From Clostridia bacterium (lineage in GTDB: Bacteria; Bacillota; Clostridia; Christensenellales; QALW01), in contig JAFXDC010000056.1 in the NCBI GenBank assembly GCA_017516345.1, positions 13,813 through 77,812 on the forward strand: a stretch of DNA of 64,000 nucleotides. The letters run 5' to 3'. Both the position numbers and the translations under genes were made by a program. Shown here piece after piece: positions 46,736 through 56,078 of the stretch. Each line of letters opens with the position of its first letter. The stretch's first letter is position 1. The notes beneath the pieces are model-generated. The model was not told the DNA's origin and did not search any database. It worked only from the letters and a program-made list of their open reading frames with translations.

Positions 46736-48139
46736 TCAGATGATATACTTGCTGTTTTTCGCGGGGCGAGCGTCAAGCTCGGCCTTCTTTTCCTCGTAGC
46801 CGGGTCTGCCAAGCAAAGCGTAGGTGGCGTTCTTGCCCTCCTCAACACCGGGCTGATCAAAGGTATTGATCCCCAGCATAGCACCTGCATATGCGGTCTC
46901 AAGCTCGTAGAAGAACAGAAGCTGTCCTACCGTGAACTCGTTTACCACCGGAAGGGTGATGGTGTGGCTCATCTTGCCGCTCTTCATAACTGCATACTCG
47001 GTGGCAAGCTGCTCGGCCTTGATAAGCTCCTGCATGGTGTGTCCGCAAAGGAAGTTTACTGCGGCGATATCCTCGCATCCGTTTGCGATGGTTACGTCGG
47101 TGCGATAGTTATCAACGGCAAGGAAGGTGATCACCTTATCAAAGGGGCCCTCGGTGTAAAGCTGGATCTGACTGTGCTGGTCGGTTACGCCAAGCGCCTT
47201 AACAGGGGTCTGTCCCGCATAAACCACGTTGCCGTTAAGGTCTACGCGCTTTCCCAGGCTCTCGCCCCAGAGCTGGCAGTACCAATCCGCCATATACTTA
47301 AGGCTGTCGGCATAAGGCATCATGACCGAGATGTTAGCACCCTTGCCCATGGCGATATACTGCATTGCGGCAGCCATGAGGGCGGGGTTTTTGTAGATAT
47401 CGGCCTCGGAGCACATCTTATCCATATAAGCGGCACCCTCAAGAAGCTTTTTGATATCTATATTGCATACCGCGGCGCACAGAAGGCCTACGGGACAAAG
47501 CTCGCTGAAGCGTCCGCCCACGCCGTCGGGAATGATGAAGGAGCGGAAGCCCTCGCTCTTAACAAGCTTGATAAGATTTCCCTTATCAGCAGATGTGGTA
47601 GCAATGATGTTGTCCACCGCCTTGTCGCCAAGAGCCTTTTTAAGGATATCAAATATGATAAGGTACTGGGTCATGGTCTCGCTGGTGCTGCCCGACTTGG
47701 TGATGACGTTAAAGCAGGTCTCCTTGGGGTCGATAACGTCAAGCAGAGCCGCCATGCGCTCGGGATCCACGTTGTCCTCCACGTAAAGCTTGGGACCGTT
47801 GCGCTTTTGGTCGGAAAGCTCGTTATAGTGCATATGGTTGATGGCCTGCTGAAGAGCTATCGGGCCAAGTGCACTGCCGCCAATACCAAGAACCACGAAA
47901 TTCTTGAATTTCGCGCGAACGAAGGCTGCAACCTCAAGAAGCTCCTTGACCACCTCGTCCTGATTGTAGGGAAGCTCGCTCCAACCCATCATGCCGGTGC
48001 CGCGATTCTTTGCAAAGTAGTCAAACGCCTCCGCAGCCTTAGGTACCACCGCCTCAAGCTCAGCATCGGTGATGCCGTGCTCGCCAATGGCATCAGCCAT
48101 CATGTTGTTAACGTCAAGTCTTAATCTCAATTCATCCAT
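46736..48139 (-). CDS. pgi: Glucose-6-phosphate isomerase
   Basis: 467 aa. SIS-domain motifs: VVLGIGGSALGP, ITKSGSTSET, GGRFSE. Confidence 0.88.
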   Translation of the reverse strand: MDELRLRLDVNNMMADAIGEHGITDAELEAVVPKAAEAFDYFAKNRGTGMMGWSELPYNQDEVVKELLEVAAFVRAKFKNFVVLGIGGSALGPIALQQAINHMHYNELSDQKRNGPKLYVEDNVDPERMAALLDVIDPKETCFNVITKSGSTSETMTQYLIIFDILKKALGDKAVDNIIATTSADKGNLIKLVKSEGFRSFIIPDGVGGRFSELCPVGLLCAAVCNIDIKKLLEGAAYMDKMCSEADIYKNPALMAAAMQYIAMGKGANISVMMPYADSLKYMADWYCQLWGESLGKRVDLNGNVVYAGQTPVKALGVTDQHSQIQLYTEGPFDKVITFLAVDNYRTDVTIANGCEDIAAVNFLCGHTMQELIKAEQLATEYAVMKSGKMSHTITLPVVNEFTVGQLLFFYELETAYAGAMLGINTFDQPGVEEGKNATYALLGRPGYEEKKAELDARPAKNSKYII

Positions 48140-48216
48140 AATACATACCCTTTCATTGTTTTATATCTTCCCGCCAAGTCAAGGCAGGTATTGTTTATAT
48201 TATTGTACCCGAGGCA

Positions 48217-51200
48217 TCAAACTATTACACTGCCCTCAAATACGTTCTCGGTATTTGCGGTAAGATAGATACCCTCGTCGGTATACACCACGGTAAGGTC
48301 GCCGCCAAGCTGCTTTACACATATCTCCTCGCCCTTTTTGCAGTAGCCGTTCTCCACTGCCGCCACAACTGCGGCACAGGCGCCGGTTCCGCAGGCCTGG
48401 GTCTCTCCGCTTCCGCGCTCCCAAACACGCATCTTAAGTGTATGCTGGTCGATGACCTTTATGAACTCGGTATTTACTCGCTCGGGGAAGAGCTCCTCGC
48501 ACTCCTCAAACTTGGGGCCCACCTTACGGATATCCATAACGTCGATATTATTCATAAATACCACGCAATGGGGGTTACCCACCGATACGCAGGTGATATT
48601 ATATTCGTTTCCGCCTATCATGGTGGCGTGATCCACCACCTTATCCCCGCTTATGTTTACCGGGATATTCTCAGGCTTCAGATCGGCCTTGCCCATGTCC
48701 ACCCTTGCGGTGGTTACCTCATTGTTGCGGATAAACACCTTCACCCTCTTGATACCGCTCATGGTCTCAAGGGACATCTCGTCCTTTGTGACAATGCCGT
48801 TATCGTAAAGATATTTGGCAACACAGCGCGCGGCGTTACCGCCCATCTGACCCTCACTGCCGTCGGTGTTGAACATGCGCATCTTGGCATCGGCGATATC
48901 CGACTGTCCGATAAGCACGACGCCGTCGCCGCCAATACCGAAGTGACGGTCGCAAAGCCTTACCGCAAGGCCCTCGGGGTTGTTGATCTTCTGATCAAAA
49001 ACATTAAAGAAGATGTAGTCGTTGCCGCATCCGTGCATCTTGGTGAACTTAAGCTTCATCTTGCTGTCGCGCATATTGTTTATATCCACAAGCTCGATGC
49101 TGCTTTGAGTATAGCGCGACTTAAGGGAGTCCGCAATGGCGTTTGCGGTGTCAAGGCTGGTAAGGCAGGGAATGCTTCTCTCTACCGCCTTTCTGCGGAT
49201 CTTAACGCTTGCACGCTCGGGGATCCTTCCCTTTGCAGAGGTGGAGATAACGTAGTGTACCTTACCGCTTTCAAGCAGGGTAAGAGTATTATCGTCGGCA
49301 TCCTCGTGGATCTTATTTACTCTGCGAACCGCAATGCCGTACTGCTCTAACGTGTCGGCGGTGCCGTGTGTGGCGTAGAGCTTAAAGCCAAGATCTGCAA
49401 ACTTCTTTGCGATATTACCTATCTCGTTTTTATCAGAGTTACGTACCGTAATGAATACGCCGCCTCTGTCCTCCTCCTCTGCGGATGCACGCTTAAGGCT
49501 GTAGCCCGCGGCTACAAGTCCCTTGTAAAGCGCCTCCTCAAGGGTGCTTGCAATGCCCAGTACCTCACCGGTGGACTTCATCTCGGGTCCAAGGTGGCTG
49601 TCCACGTTTACAAGCTTTTCAAAGCTGAATACCGGAACCTTGACCGCCACGTAGGGGCTGTTCTTGTAAAGTCCCGTGCCGTAGCCCATATCGCGAAGTC
49701 TTTCGCCAAGCATACATCTTGTTGCCAAGGGAACCATGGGCACTCCCGTAACCTTGCTGATATAAGGTATGGTTCTTGAGGAGCGCGGGTTTACCTCGAT
49801 GACGTAAAGCTCATCATCGTAAACAACGTACTGAATATTTACAAGTCCCAAGGTCTTAAGCTCAAGGGAAAGCATGCGAGTGCAGTCAACAATACGCTGC
49901 TGCATTTGATTGGTCACGTTCCATGCGGGATAAACGCTTATGGAGTCGCCCGAGTGAACGCCTGCGCGCTCCACGTGCTCCATAATGCCCGGAATTAGGA
50001 TATCCTCACCGTCGCAGATGGCATCGACCTCTATCTCGGTTCCCATGAGGTATTTGTCGATAAGCACGGGGTTTTCTATACCCTGAGCAAGGATTATCGC
50101 CATATACTCGCGGATATCAGCCTCGTTAAAGGCGATTATCATGTTCTGTCCGCCAAGAACGTAGGAGGGACGAAGCAGTACGGGATATCCTATTCTGCTC
50201 GCGATCTCCAATGCGTGCTCGGTATCCATTACCGTATAGCCCTGAGGACGCTTGATGTTAAGCTTCTCAAGCACGGCGTCAAAGCGCTCTCTGTCCTCTG
50301 CGGCGTCGATGCTGTCCGCACCCGTGCCAAGAATGGTGATGTTATTCTTACTTAAGAATTTCGTAAGCTTTATAGCGGTCTGTCCGCCAAATGCCACCAC
50401 TACACCCACCGGCTTTTCGGTGCGGATGATGTTCATAACGTCCTCGTCGGTGAGGGGCTCAAAGTAGAGCCTGTCTGCGGTGTCAAAGTCGGTGGATACG
50501 GTCTCGGGATTGTTGTTTACTATTACCACCTCGTAGCCCGCCTTTTTAAGTGCCCATACGCAGTGTACCGAAGCATAGTCAAACTCAATACCCTGACCTA
50601 TTCTGATGGGGCCCGAACCAAATACCATTACCGTGGGCTTGCGGCTCTCCTTGCTTGCAAGGAACTCCTCTGCCTCGTTGACATCATCATATGTGGAATA
50701 GAAATACGGGGTCTGCGCGGCAAACTCTGCGGCGCAGGTGTCAACCATCTTAAATACCGCGTGCATTGGGGTGAACTCGCCACTGTTAAGGCTCTTGATG
50801 GTCTTGTCGGTATATCCCATGATCTTTGCCTCACGGTAAAGCTCCTGGGTCATGGGGCTGTTTTTAAGTGTGTTTTGCATATTTGCAATGTTAAGCAGCT
50901 TATACAAAAACCACAGATCTATTTTGGTGATATCGTGTATATACTCGGGGGTTATGCCGCGAAGAAGCGCCTGATATACGATGAATATACGTTCGTCGGT
51001 CTGCTGCGAGATACGCTCTCTGACCTCCTCATCGCTAAGCGCGGCGTATTTTGCGCCGTCAAGCGAGTTGAGTCCGATCTCTGCACCGCGAACAGCCTTC
51101 AGTATGGCCTGCTCGAAGGTGGCACCTATTGCCATTACCTCACCGGTAGCCTTCATCTGGGTACCCAGAGCGCGCTTTGCATAAACGAACTTATCAAAGG

Positions 51201-52281
51201 GCCATTTGGGGAGCTTGACCACCATATAGTCGATGGTGGGTTCAAAGCAAGCATAGGTCTTGCCCGTAACGGCATTAAGTATCTCGTCAAGGGTGTAGCC
51301 GATGGCGATCTTTGCCGCAACCTTTGCAATAGGATATCCGGTCGCCTTACTTGCAAGAGCGGAGGAGCGGGAAACGCGGGGGTTTACCTCGATGACCGCA
51401 TACTCGAAGCTGTCGGGCTTAAGCGCGAACTGACAGTTACATCCGCCCTCTACCTTCAGCGCGTTAACAATGTTCAGCGCGGCGGAACGAAGCATCTGAT
51501 ATTCCTTATCCGCAAGGGTGACCGCAGGAGCAACAACGATACTGTCGCCCGTGTGGATGCCAACAGGGTCAAGGTTTTCCATTGAGCATACCGTAATGGC
51601 GTTACCCTTGGAGTCACGAATTACCTCAAACTCTATCTCCTTCCAGCCCGAGATGCACTTCTCAACAAGTATCTGATGTATAGGCGAAAGGCGCAGACCG
51701 TTGGTTGCGATATCGCGAAGCTCGGCCTCGTCGTTTACTATACCGCCGCCGCTTCCGCCAAGGGTGAACGCGGGACGAATGATGACGGGATATCCTATCT
51801 TAGCCGCAAACTCAGCAGCGGCCTCAAGGTCGTTTACCACAAGGGAAGGAATGCTTGGCTGGTTGATGGAGTCCATGGTATCCTTAAAGAGCTGACGGTC
51901 CTCTGCCTTGTCGATGGTCTCGGGGTTGGCGCCAAGGAGCTTGACTCCCATTTTATCAAGGAAGCCTTCCTTTGCAAGCTGCATGGAAAGGGTAAGACCG
52001 GTCTGCCCTCCGAGGGTGGAAAGCAGGCTATCGGGACGCTCCTTTTCAATTATTCTTTTAATTACGGGCAAGGTGAGCGGCTCGATATATATGTGATCCG
52101 CCATTGCCTTGTCGGTCATGATGGTAGCGGGGTTGGAGTTTACAAGCACTACCTCAAGTCCGTCCTCCTTAAGAGCACGGCAAGCCTGGGTGCCCGCATA
52201 GTCAAACTCGGCGGCCTGTCCAATAACGATAGGACCCGAGCCTATTACCATTACTTTTTTAAGATCCTTACGAAGCGGCAT
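48217..52281 (-). CDS. carB: Carbamoyl-phosphate synthase large subunit fused in frame to diaminopimelate epimerase
   Basis: 1354-aa uninterrupted ORF. Residues 1 to about 1074 are full-length CarB (two ATP-grasp halves plus an MGS-like domain). Residues 1075-1354 are a full DapF: MKLKFTKMHGCGNDYIFF, GGNAARC, GETQACGTGA. Confidence 0.85.
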   Translation of the reverse strand: MPLRKDLKKVMVIGSGPIVIGQAAEFDYAGTQACRALKEDGLEVVLVNSNPATIMTDKAMADHIYIEPLTLPVIKRIIEKERPDSLLSTLGGQTGLTLSMQLAKEGFLDKMGVKLLGANPETIDKAEDRQLFKDTMDSINQPSIPSLVVNDLEAAAEFAAKIGYPVIIRPAFTLGGSGGGIVNDEAELRDIATNGLRLSPIHQILVEKCISGWKEIEFEVIRDSKGNAITVCSMENLDPVGIHTGDSIVVAPAVTLADKEYQMLRSAALNIVNALKVEGGCNCQFALKPDSFEYAVIEVNPRVSRSSALASKATGYPIAKVAAKIAIGYTLDEILNAVTGKTYACFEPTIDYMVVKLPKWPFDKFVYAKRALGTQMKATGEVMAIGATFEQAILKAVRGAEIGLNSLDGAKYAALSDEEVRERISQQTDERIFIVYQALLRGITPEYIHDITKIDLWFLYKLLNIANMQNTLKNSPMTQELYREAKIMGYTDKTIKSLNSGEFTPMHAVFKMVDTCAAEFAAQTPYFYSTYDDVNEAEEFLASKESRKPTVMVFGSGPIRIGQGIEFDYASVHCVWALKKAGYEVVIVNNNPETVSTDFDTADRLYFEPLTDEDVMNIIRTEKPVGVVVAFGGQTAIKLTKFLSKNNITILGTGADSIDAAEDRERFDAVLEKLNIKRPQGYTVMDTEHALEIASRIGYPVLLRPSYVLGGQNMIIAFNEADIREYMAIILAQGIENPVLIDKYLMGTEIEVDAICDGEDILIPGIMEHVERAGVHSGDSISVYPAWNVTNQMQQRIVDCTRMLSLELKTLGLVNIQYVVYDDELYVIEVNPRSSRTIPYISKVTGVPMVPLATRCMLGERLRDMGYGTGLYKNSPYVAVKVPVFSFEKLVNVDSHLGPEMKSTGEVLGIASTLEEALYKGLVAAGYSLKRASAEEEDRGGVFITVRNSDKNEIGNIAKKFADLGFKLYATHGTADTLEQYGIAVRRVNKIHEDADDNTLTLLESGKVHYVISTSAKGRIPERASVKIRRKAVERSIPCLTSLDTANAIADSLKSRYTQSSIELVDINNMRDSKMKLKFTKMHGCGNDYIFFNVFDQKINNPEGLAVRLCDRHFGIGGDGVVLIGQSDIADAKMRMFNTDGSEGQMGGNAARCVAKYLYDNGIVTKDEMSLETMSGIKRVKVFIRNNEVTTARVDMGKADLKPENIPVNISGDKVVDHATMIGGNEYNITCVSVGNPHCVVFMNNIDVMDIRKVGPKFEECEELFPERVNTEFIKVIDQHTLKMRVWERGSGETQACGTGACAAVVAAVENGYCKKGEEICVKQLGGDLTVVYTDEGIYLTANTENVFEGSVIV

Positions 52282-52282
52282 A

Positions 52283-53356
52283 TTACTTACCCTCCTTCAT
52301 CATATCAATAAAGTTATCAAACATAAATTCGGTGTCAAGAGGTCCTCCGCACGCCTCGGGATGGAACTGAAGCGTAAATGCGGGACGGTCGGTATACTTG
52401 ATGCCCTCGCAGGTGCCGTCGTTTACGTTTATGTAGCTTACAACGCCACCCTCGGGCAGGTTATCGGTGTCCACCGCATAGCCGTGTCCCTGTGCGGTTA
52501 TGTATATGCGATCGCCAAAGGCATCCTTGACCGGCTGATTCTCTCCTCTGTGGCCGTATTTCATCTTTATGCACCTGCCGCCAAGAGCCTTGGCAAGCAC
52601 AAGATGTCCCAGACAGATGCCCATTGTGGGGATCTTTTCCTGCGCTACCTTTTTGACCTCGGAAATGATATCCTCTATATCGTCGGGATCTCCGGGGCCG
52701 TTAGAGAGCAGGATCCCATCGGGCTTAAGAGCAAGTATCTCCTCCGCGGTGCTTGTAGCGGGCATATATGTGACCCTGCAATCGCGCTTAATAAGGCTCT
52801 CCTCTATTCCCTTTTTCGCACCGAGGTCCCAAATTACAACGTGGTATTTTCCTTCGCCCACAGTGCGCGAGCTTGCGCAGGTAACGCTCTTTACAGCATC
52901 CCTTACCTTATAGTCCGCCAGCGCCTTTGCCTCGGCCTCGGTAAGCTCGGGGCTTGCAGAGATGCGGGCGTTCATAACGCCGTTCCTGCGCACTATTCTG
53001 GTAAGCTCGCGAGTATCGATGCCGCTCAGAGCCACCACTCCGTTTTGCGTTAAAAAAGTGTCAAGACGACCTTCGCAACGGAAATTAGAAGGCACCTGAC
53101 ACCACTGTCTGACAATATAACCCTTTACGTGAACCTTATCACTTTCAAAATCCTGAGGAATAACACCGTAATTACCGATAAGAGGGAATGTCTGAATAAC
53201 GATCTGACCGTAATAGCCCGGATCGGTAAGTGCCTCAAGATATCCCGTCATAGCCGTGGTAAACACCAATTCACCGGTGACCTGACCCTCAGCACCGAAC
53301 ATTTCGCCCTTGAAAACAGTACCGTTACTTAAAATAAGGTAACCATCTCTTTGCAT
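52283..53356 (-). CDS. carA: Carbamoyl-phosphate synthase small (glutaminase) subunit
   Basis: 357 aa. GATase triad context: GICLGH ... FHPE. Confidence 0.93.
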   Translation of the reverse strand: MQRDGYLILSNGTVFKGEMFGAEGQVTGELVFTTAMTGYLEALTDPGYYGQIVIQTFPLIGNYGVIPQDFESDKVHVKGYIVRQWCQVPSNFRCEGRLDTFLTQNGVVALSGIDTRELTRIVRRNGVMNARISASPELTEAEAKALADYKVRDAVKSVTCASSRTVGEGKYHVVIWDLGAKKGIEESLIKRDCRVTYMPATSTAEEILALKPDGILLSNGPGDPDDIEDIISEVKKVAQEKIPTMGICLGHLVLAKALGGRCIKMKYGHRGENQPVKDAFGDRIYITAQGHGYAVDTDNLPEGGVVSYINVNDGTCEGIKYTDRPAFTLQFHPEACGGPLDTEFMFDNFIDMMKEGK

Positions 53357-53817
53357 AAATAACCTACCTCTCTACATTTAGCTCCGCTTATTATCCTACG
53401 CCGCAAGGCAAGAAAAAAGCAGAGCAATATTGATCTGAATTTTCGCTCCGACCCTTCAAGCCGCATTGCCCACACTGCAGCATAAGCAAAGCGACAAACA
53501 AGGCGGACGCTTAATGAATGCAGAGTCCTTTCGCGTTGCTTCTTAAGCATCTCTCAAGTCTCCGCACTTTTATCCATTATACTACATTTAGCAAAAAGAA
53601 TAAAGTATTTTTTTAAGATTTTTATATGTTTTATTTATAAATTTATATATATAATATATATTATCACATATGTGCAAAACTGCATTTGTTTGGTAAATCA
53701 CCTCTAAAACTTAATTTTATTAAGTTTGATCGCCATTATTATTCATTTTAAGCACGTTTATACCCCGTTTCAGCGGTATTTTGAACATTATTGATTAATT
53801 TTCTTAATAAAATAAGG

Positions 53818-53846
53818 TTGACACATATCGTCATTAAAAGTATAAT
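53818..53846 (+). promoter_or_regulatory. Promoter of the type III glutamine synthetase gene
   Basis: TTGACA, 17 nt, TATAAT (both hexamers are consensus). Confidence 0.6.
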
Positions 53847-53917
53847 AGCCACATTAAAGGTGCTGTGGATGTATTCTGCAGCGTTTTGCTTTTAGCTACA
53901 GTAAGGAGGCAATAAAA

Positions 53918-56005
53918 ATGGGTAATCCTACCGAATATTTCGGCAGTCTTGTCTTTAACGATGAGGTAATGAGGGCACGCCTGCCAAAGGAAATATACGA
54001 CACCTTAAAGGCAAGGATAAATGACAATCAGCCCCTTGACCGCGCCATTGCAAACGAGGTCGCAAGCGCCATGAAGGATTGGGCTGTGGAAAAGGGCGCC
54101 ACCCATTTTACCCACTGGTTCCAGCCCATGACAGGCATCACCGCCGAGAAGCACGACAGCTTCATCACTCCCGTGGGCGACGGCAGTAAAATAATACTTG
54201 ACTTCTCGGGCAAGGAGCTCATAAAGGGCGAGCCCGACGCATCAAGCTTTCCCTCGGGCGGTCTTCGCGCCACCTTTGAGGCGCGCGGCTACACCGCATG
54301 GGACCCCACCTCCTATGCCTTTATTAAGGACAACACCCTTTGCATCCCCACAGCGTTTTGCTCCTACGGAGGAGAAGCGCTTGATAAAAAGACTCCTCTT
54401 TTGCGCTCCATGGAGGCACTTAACACCCACGCCGTCAGAGTCCTCCACGCCATCGGTAACACCGAGGTGCACAGCGTTTACACCACCGTAGGCGCAGAGC
54501 AGGAGTACTTTTTGGTGGACAAGGCATATTACGATCGCAGAAAGGATCTCATCTACACCGGCCGTACCCTTTTCGGCACCATGCCCCCCAAGGGTCAGGA
54601 GATGGACGACCATTACTTCGGGGTCATAAAGCCGAGAGTAAAGGCGTTCATGAAGGAGCTTAACGACGAGCTGTGGAAGCTTGGCGTGCTTGCAAAGACC
54701 GAGCATAACGAGGCGGCTCCGGCACAGCACGAGCTTGCCCCCATCTTTTCAAGCGCAAACATTGCGGCAGATCACAATCAGCTCACCATGGAGATAATGA
54801 AAAAGATCGCGGCAAACCACGGCCTTGTATGTCTGCTTCACGAAAAGCCCTTCGAGGGGGTAAACGGAAGCGGTAAGCACGACAACTGGGCAATGTGCAC
54901 CGATACGGGGGAAAATCTGTTCAATCCCGGCAAGCACCCCTACGAAAACACCCGCTTCTTACTGCTCTTATGTGCGGTTATAAAGGCGGTTGACGATTAT
55001 CAGGATCTTCTTCGCATAAGCGTTGCAAGCGCGGGCAACGACCACCGTCTGGGCGCTCACGAGGCACCCCCCGCAATAGTTTCCATGTTCCTTGGAGACG
55101 AGCTTTGCGACATCCTTACCGCGATACGGGACGGTCGGGAGTATCACGACAGAAAATCCATCCGCATGGAGGTAGGCGCACACGTTCTGCCCACCTTCAG
55201 CAAGGATACCACAGACAGAAACCGCACCTCACCCTTCGCCTTTACGGGTAATAAGTTCGAGTTCCGCATGGTGGGCTCCTCCATGTCGGTGTCCGACGCA
55301 AACGTGGTGCTCAACACCGCCGTAGCCGAGGTGCTCAGCGGCTTTGCAGATATACTCGAGGCTGCCGACGACACCGAAAAAGCAATGCTTAACATCATCA
55401 AAAGCACGGTAAGGGATCACGAGCGCATCATTTTCAACGGCAACAACTACTCCGATGAGTGGGTTGCGGAGGCTCAAAGGCGCGGTCTGCTCAATCTCCG
55501 CAGCACCCCCGACGCCCTCCCCCATTTTGTGGATAAAAAGAATATCGAGCTTTTCACAAAGCACAACGTGTTTACCACGGCAGAAATGTATTCCCGTCTT
55601 GAGATACTGCTTGAGACCTACAATAAGACCGTGTGCATAGAGGGCAAGACCGCTCTTGACATTCTTCGCAGAAAGATAACCCCGTCGGTCATATCCTACT
55701 GCAAGGAGCTTGCCGAATCCATAAATGCCAAAAGAGCCGCTCTGCCCGAGGTAAACGTCGATGCCGAGCTTGATATGCTCTCCATCCTCAGCAACGCAAG
55801 CGGCGAGCTTTATAAGGTGGCAAAGGAGCTTGACGATGCGGTCAAATACGCAGCAGGCATATCCGACGCTCAGCTTGCGGCGCGCGCATACCACGACCGC
55901 GTGCTTGACGCAATGAGCCGTGCCCGCAAAATAGCCGATGCCGCAGAGACCCTCATTCCCAAGTGGCCCATCGCCTCCTACAGTAAGCTGCTCTACGGTG
56001 TATGA
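53918..56005 (+). CDS. glnN: Glutamine synthetase type III
   Basis: 695 aa. The N-terminus [25 protein letters not shown]...[11 protein letters not shown] and the length are typical of GSIII. Confidence 0.88.
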   Translation: MGNPTEYFGSLVFNDEVMRARLPKEIYDTLKARINDNQPLDRAIANEVASAMKDWAVEKGATHFTHWFQPMTGITAEKHDSFITPVGDGSKIILDFSGKELIKGEPDASSFPSGGLRATFEARGYTAWDPTSYAFIKDNTLCIPTAFCSYGGEALDKKTPLLRSMEALNTHAVRVLHAIGNTEVHSVYTTVGAEQEYFLVDKAYYDRRKDLIYTGRTLFGTMPPKGQEMDDHYFGVIKPRVKAFMKELNDELWKLGVLAKTEHNEAAPAQHELAPIFSSANIAADHNQLTMEIMKKIAANHGLVCLLHEKPFEGVNGSGKHDNWAMCTDTGENLFNPGKHPYENTRFLLLLCAVIKAVDDYQDLLRISVASAGNDHRLGAHEAPPAIVSMFLGDELCDILTAIRDGREYHDRKSIRMEVGAHVLPTFSKDTTDRNRTSPFAFTGNKFEFRMVGSSMSVSDANVVLNTAVAEVLSGFADILEAADDTEKAMLNIIKSTVRDHERIIFNGNNYSDEWVAEAQRRGLLNLRSTPDALPHFVDKKNIELFTKHNVFTTAEMYSRLEILLETYNKTVCIEGKTALDILRRKITPSVISYCKELAESINAKRAALPEVNVDAELDMLSILSNASGELYKVAKELDDAVKYAAGISDAQLAARAYHDRVLDAMSRARKIADAAETLIPKWPIASYSKLLYGV

Positions 56006-56015
56006 TCAAATAAGC

Positions 56016-56056
56016 AAAGGCGCTTTACGCTGTGCGTAAAGCGCCTTTTTTGTTTT
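56016..56056. terminator. Bidirectional terminator (glutamine synthetase and yabN-like gene)
   Basis: AAAGGCGCTTTACGC-tgt-GCGTAAAGCGCCTTTTTTG. Confidence 0.8.
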
Positions 56057-56078
56057 TACCGTGAGCCGCAAGGGCCCA

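Noticed and set aside
46688-48124. 478-aa plus-strand ORF
   Set aside because: It is entirely antisense to pgi, which has clear SIS-domain motifs. The product is low-complexity and rich in Leu/Gly/Val/His with no recognisable motifs. This is a typical shadow ORF.
50563-51585. 340-aa plus-strand ORF, plus similar ones at 48442..49350 and 51676..52311
   Set aside because: All are antisense to the CarB-DapF ORF. Long antisense frames are common opposite carB-like genes, and there are no independent signals.
53329-53550. 73-aa minus-strand ORF overlapping the carA start
   Set aside because: It lies in the carA 5' leader, has no RBS and overlaps the carA start codon region. It is better explained as noncoding leader.
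53357-53575. Calling the carA leader a PyrR attenuator or a T-box
   Set aside because: The resemblance to the PyrR binding loop is partial (about 9 of 16 positions with an extra nucleotide). The candidate terminator is weak. No T-box sequence or ARG-box palindrome was found. It is kept only as an unclassified structured leader.
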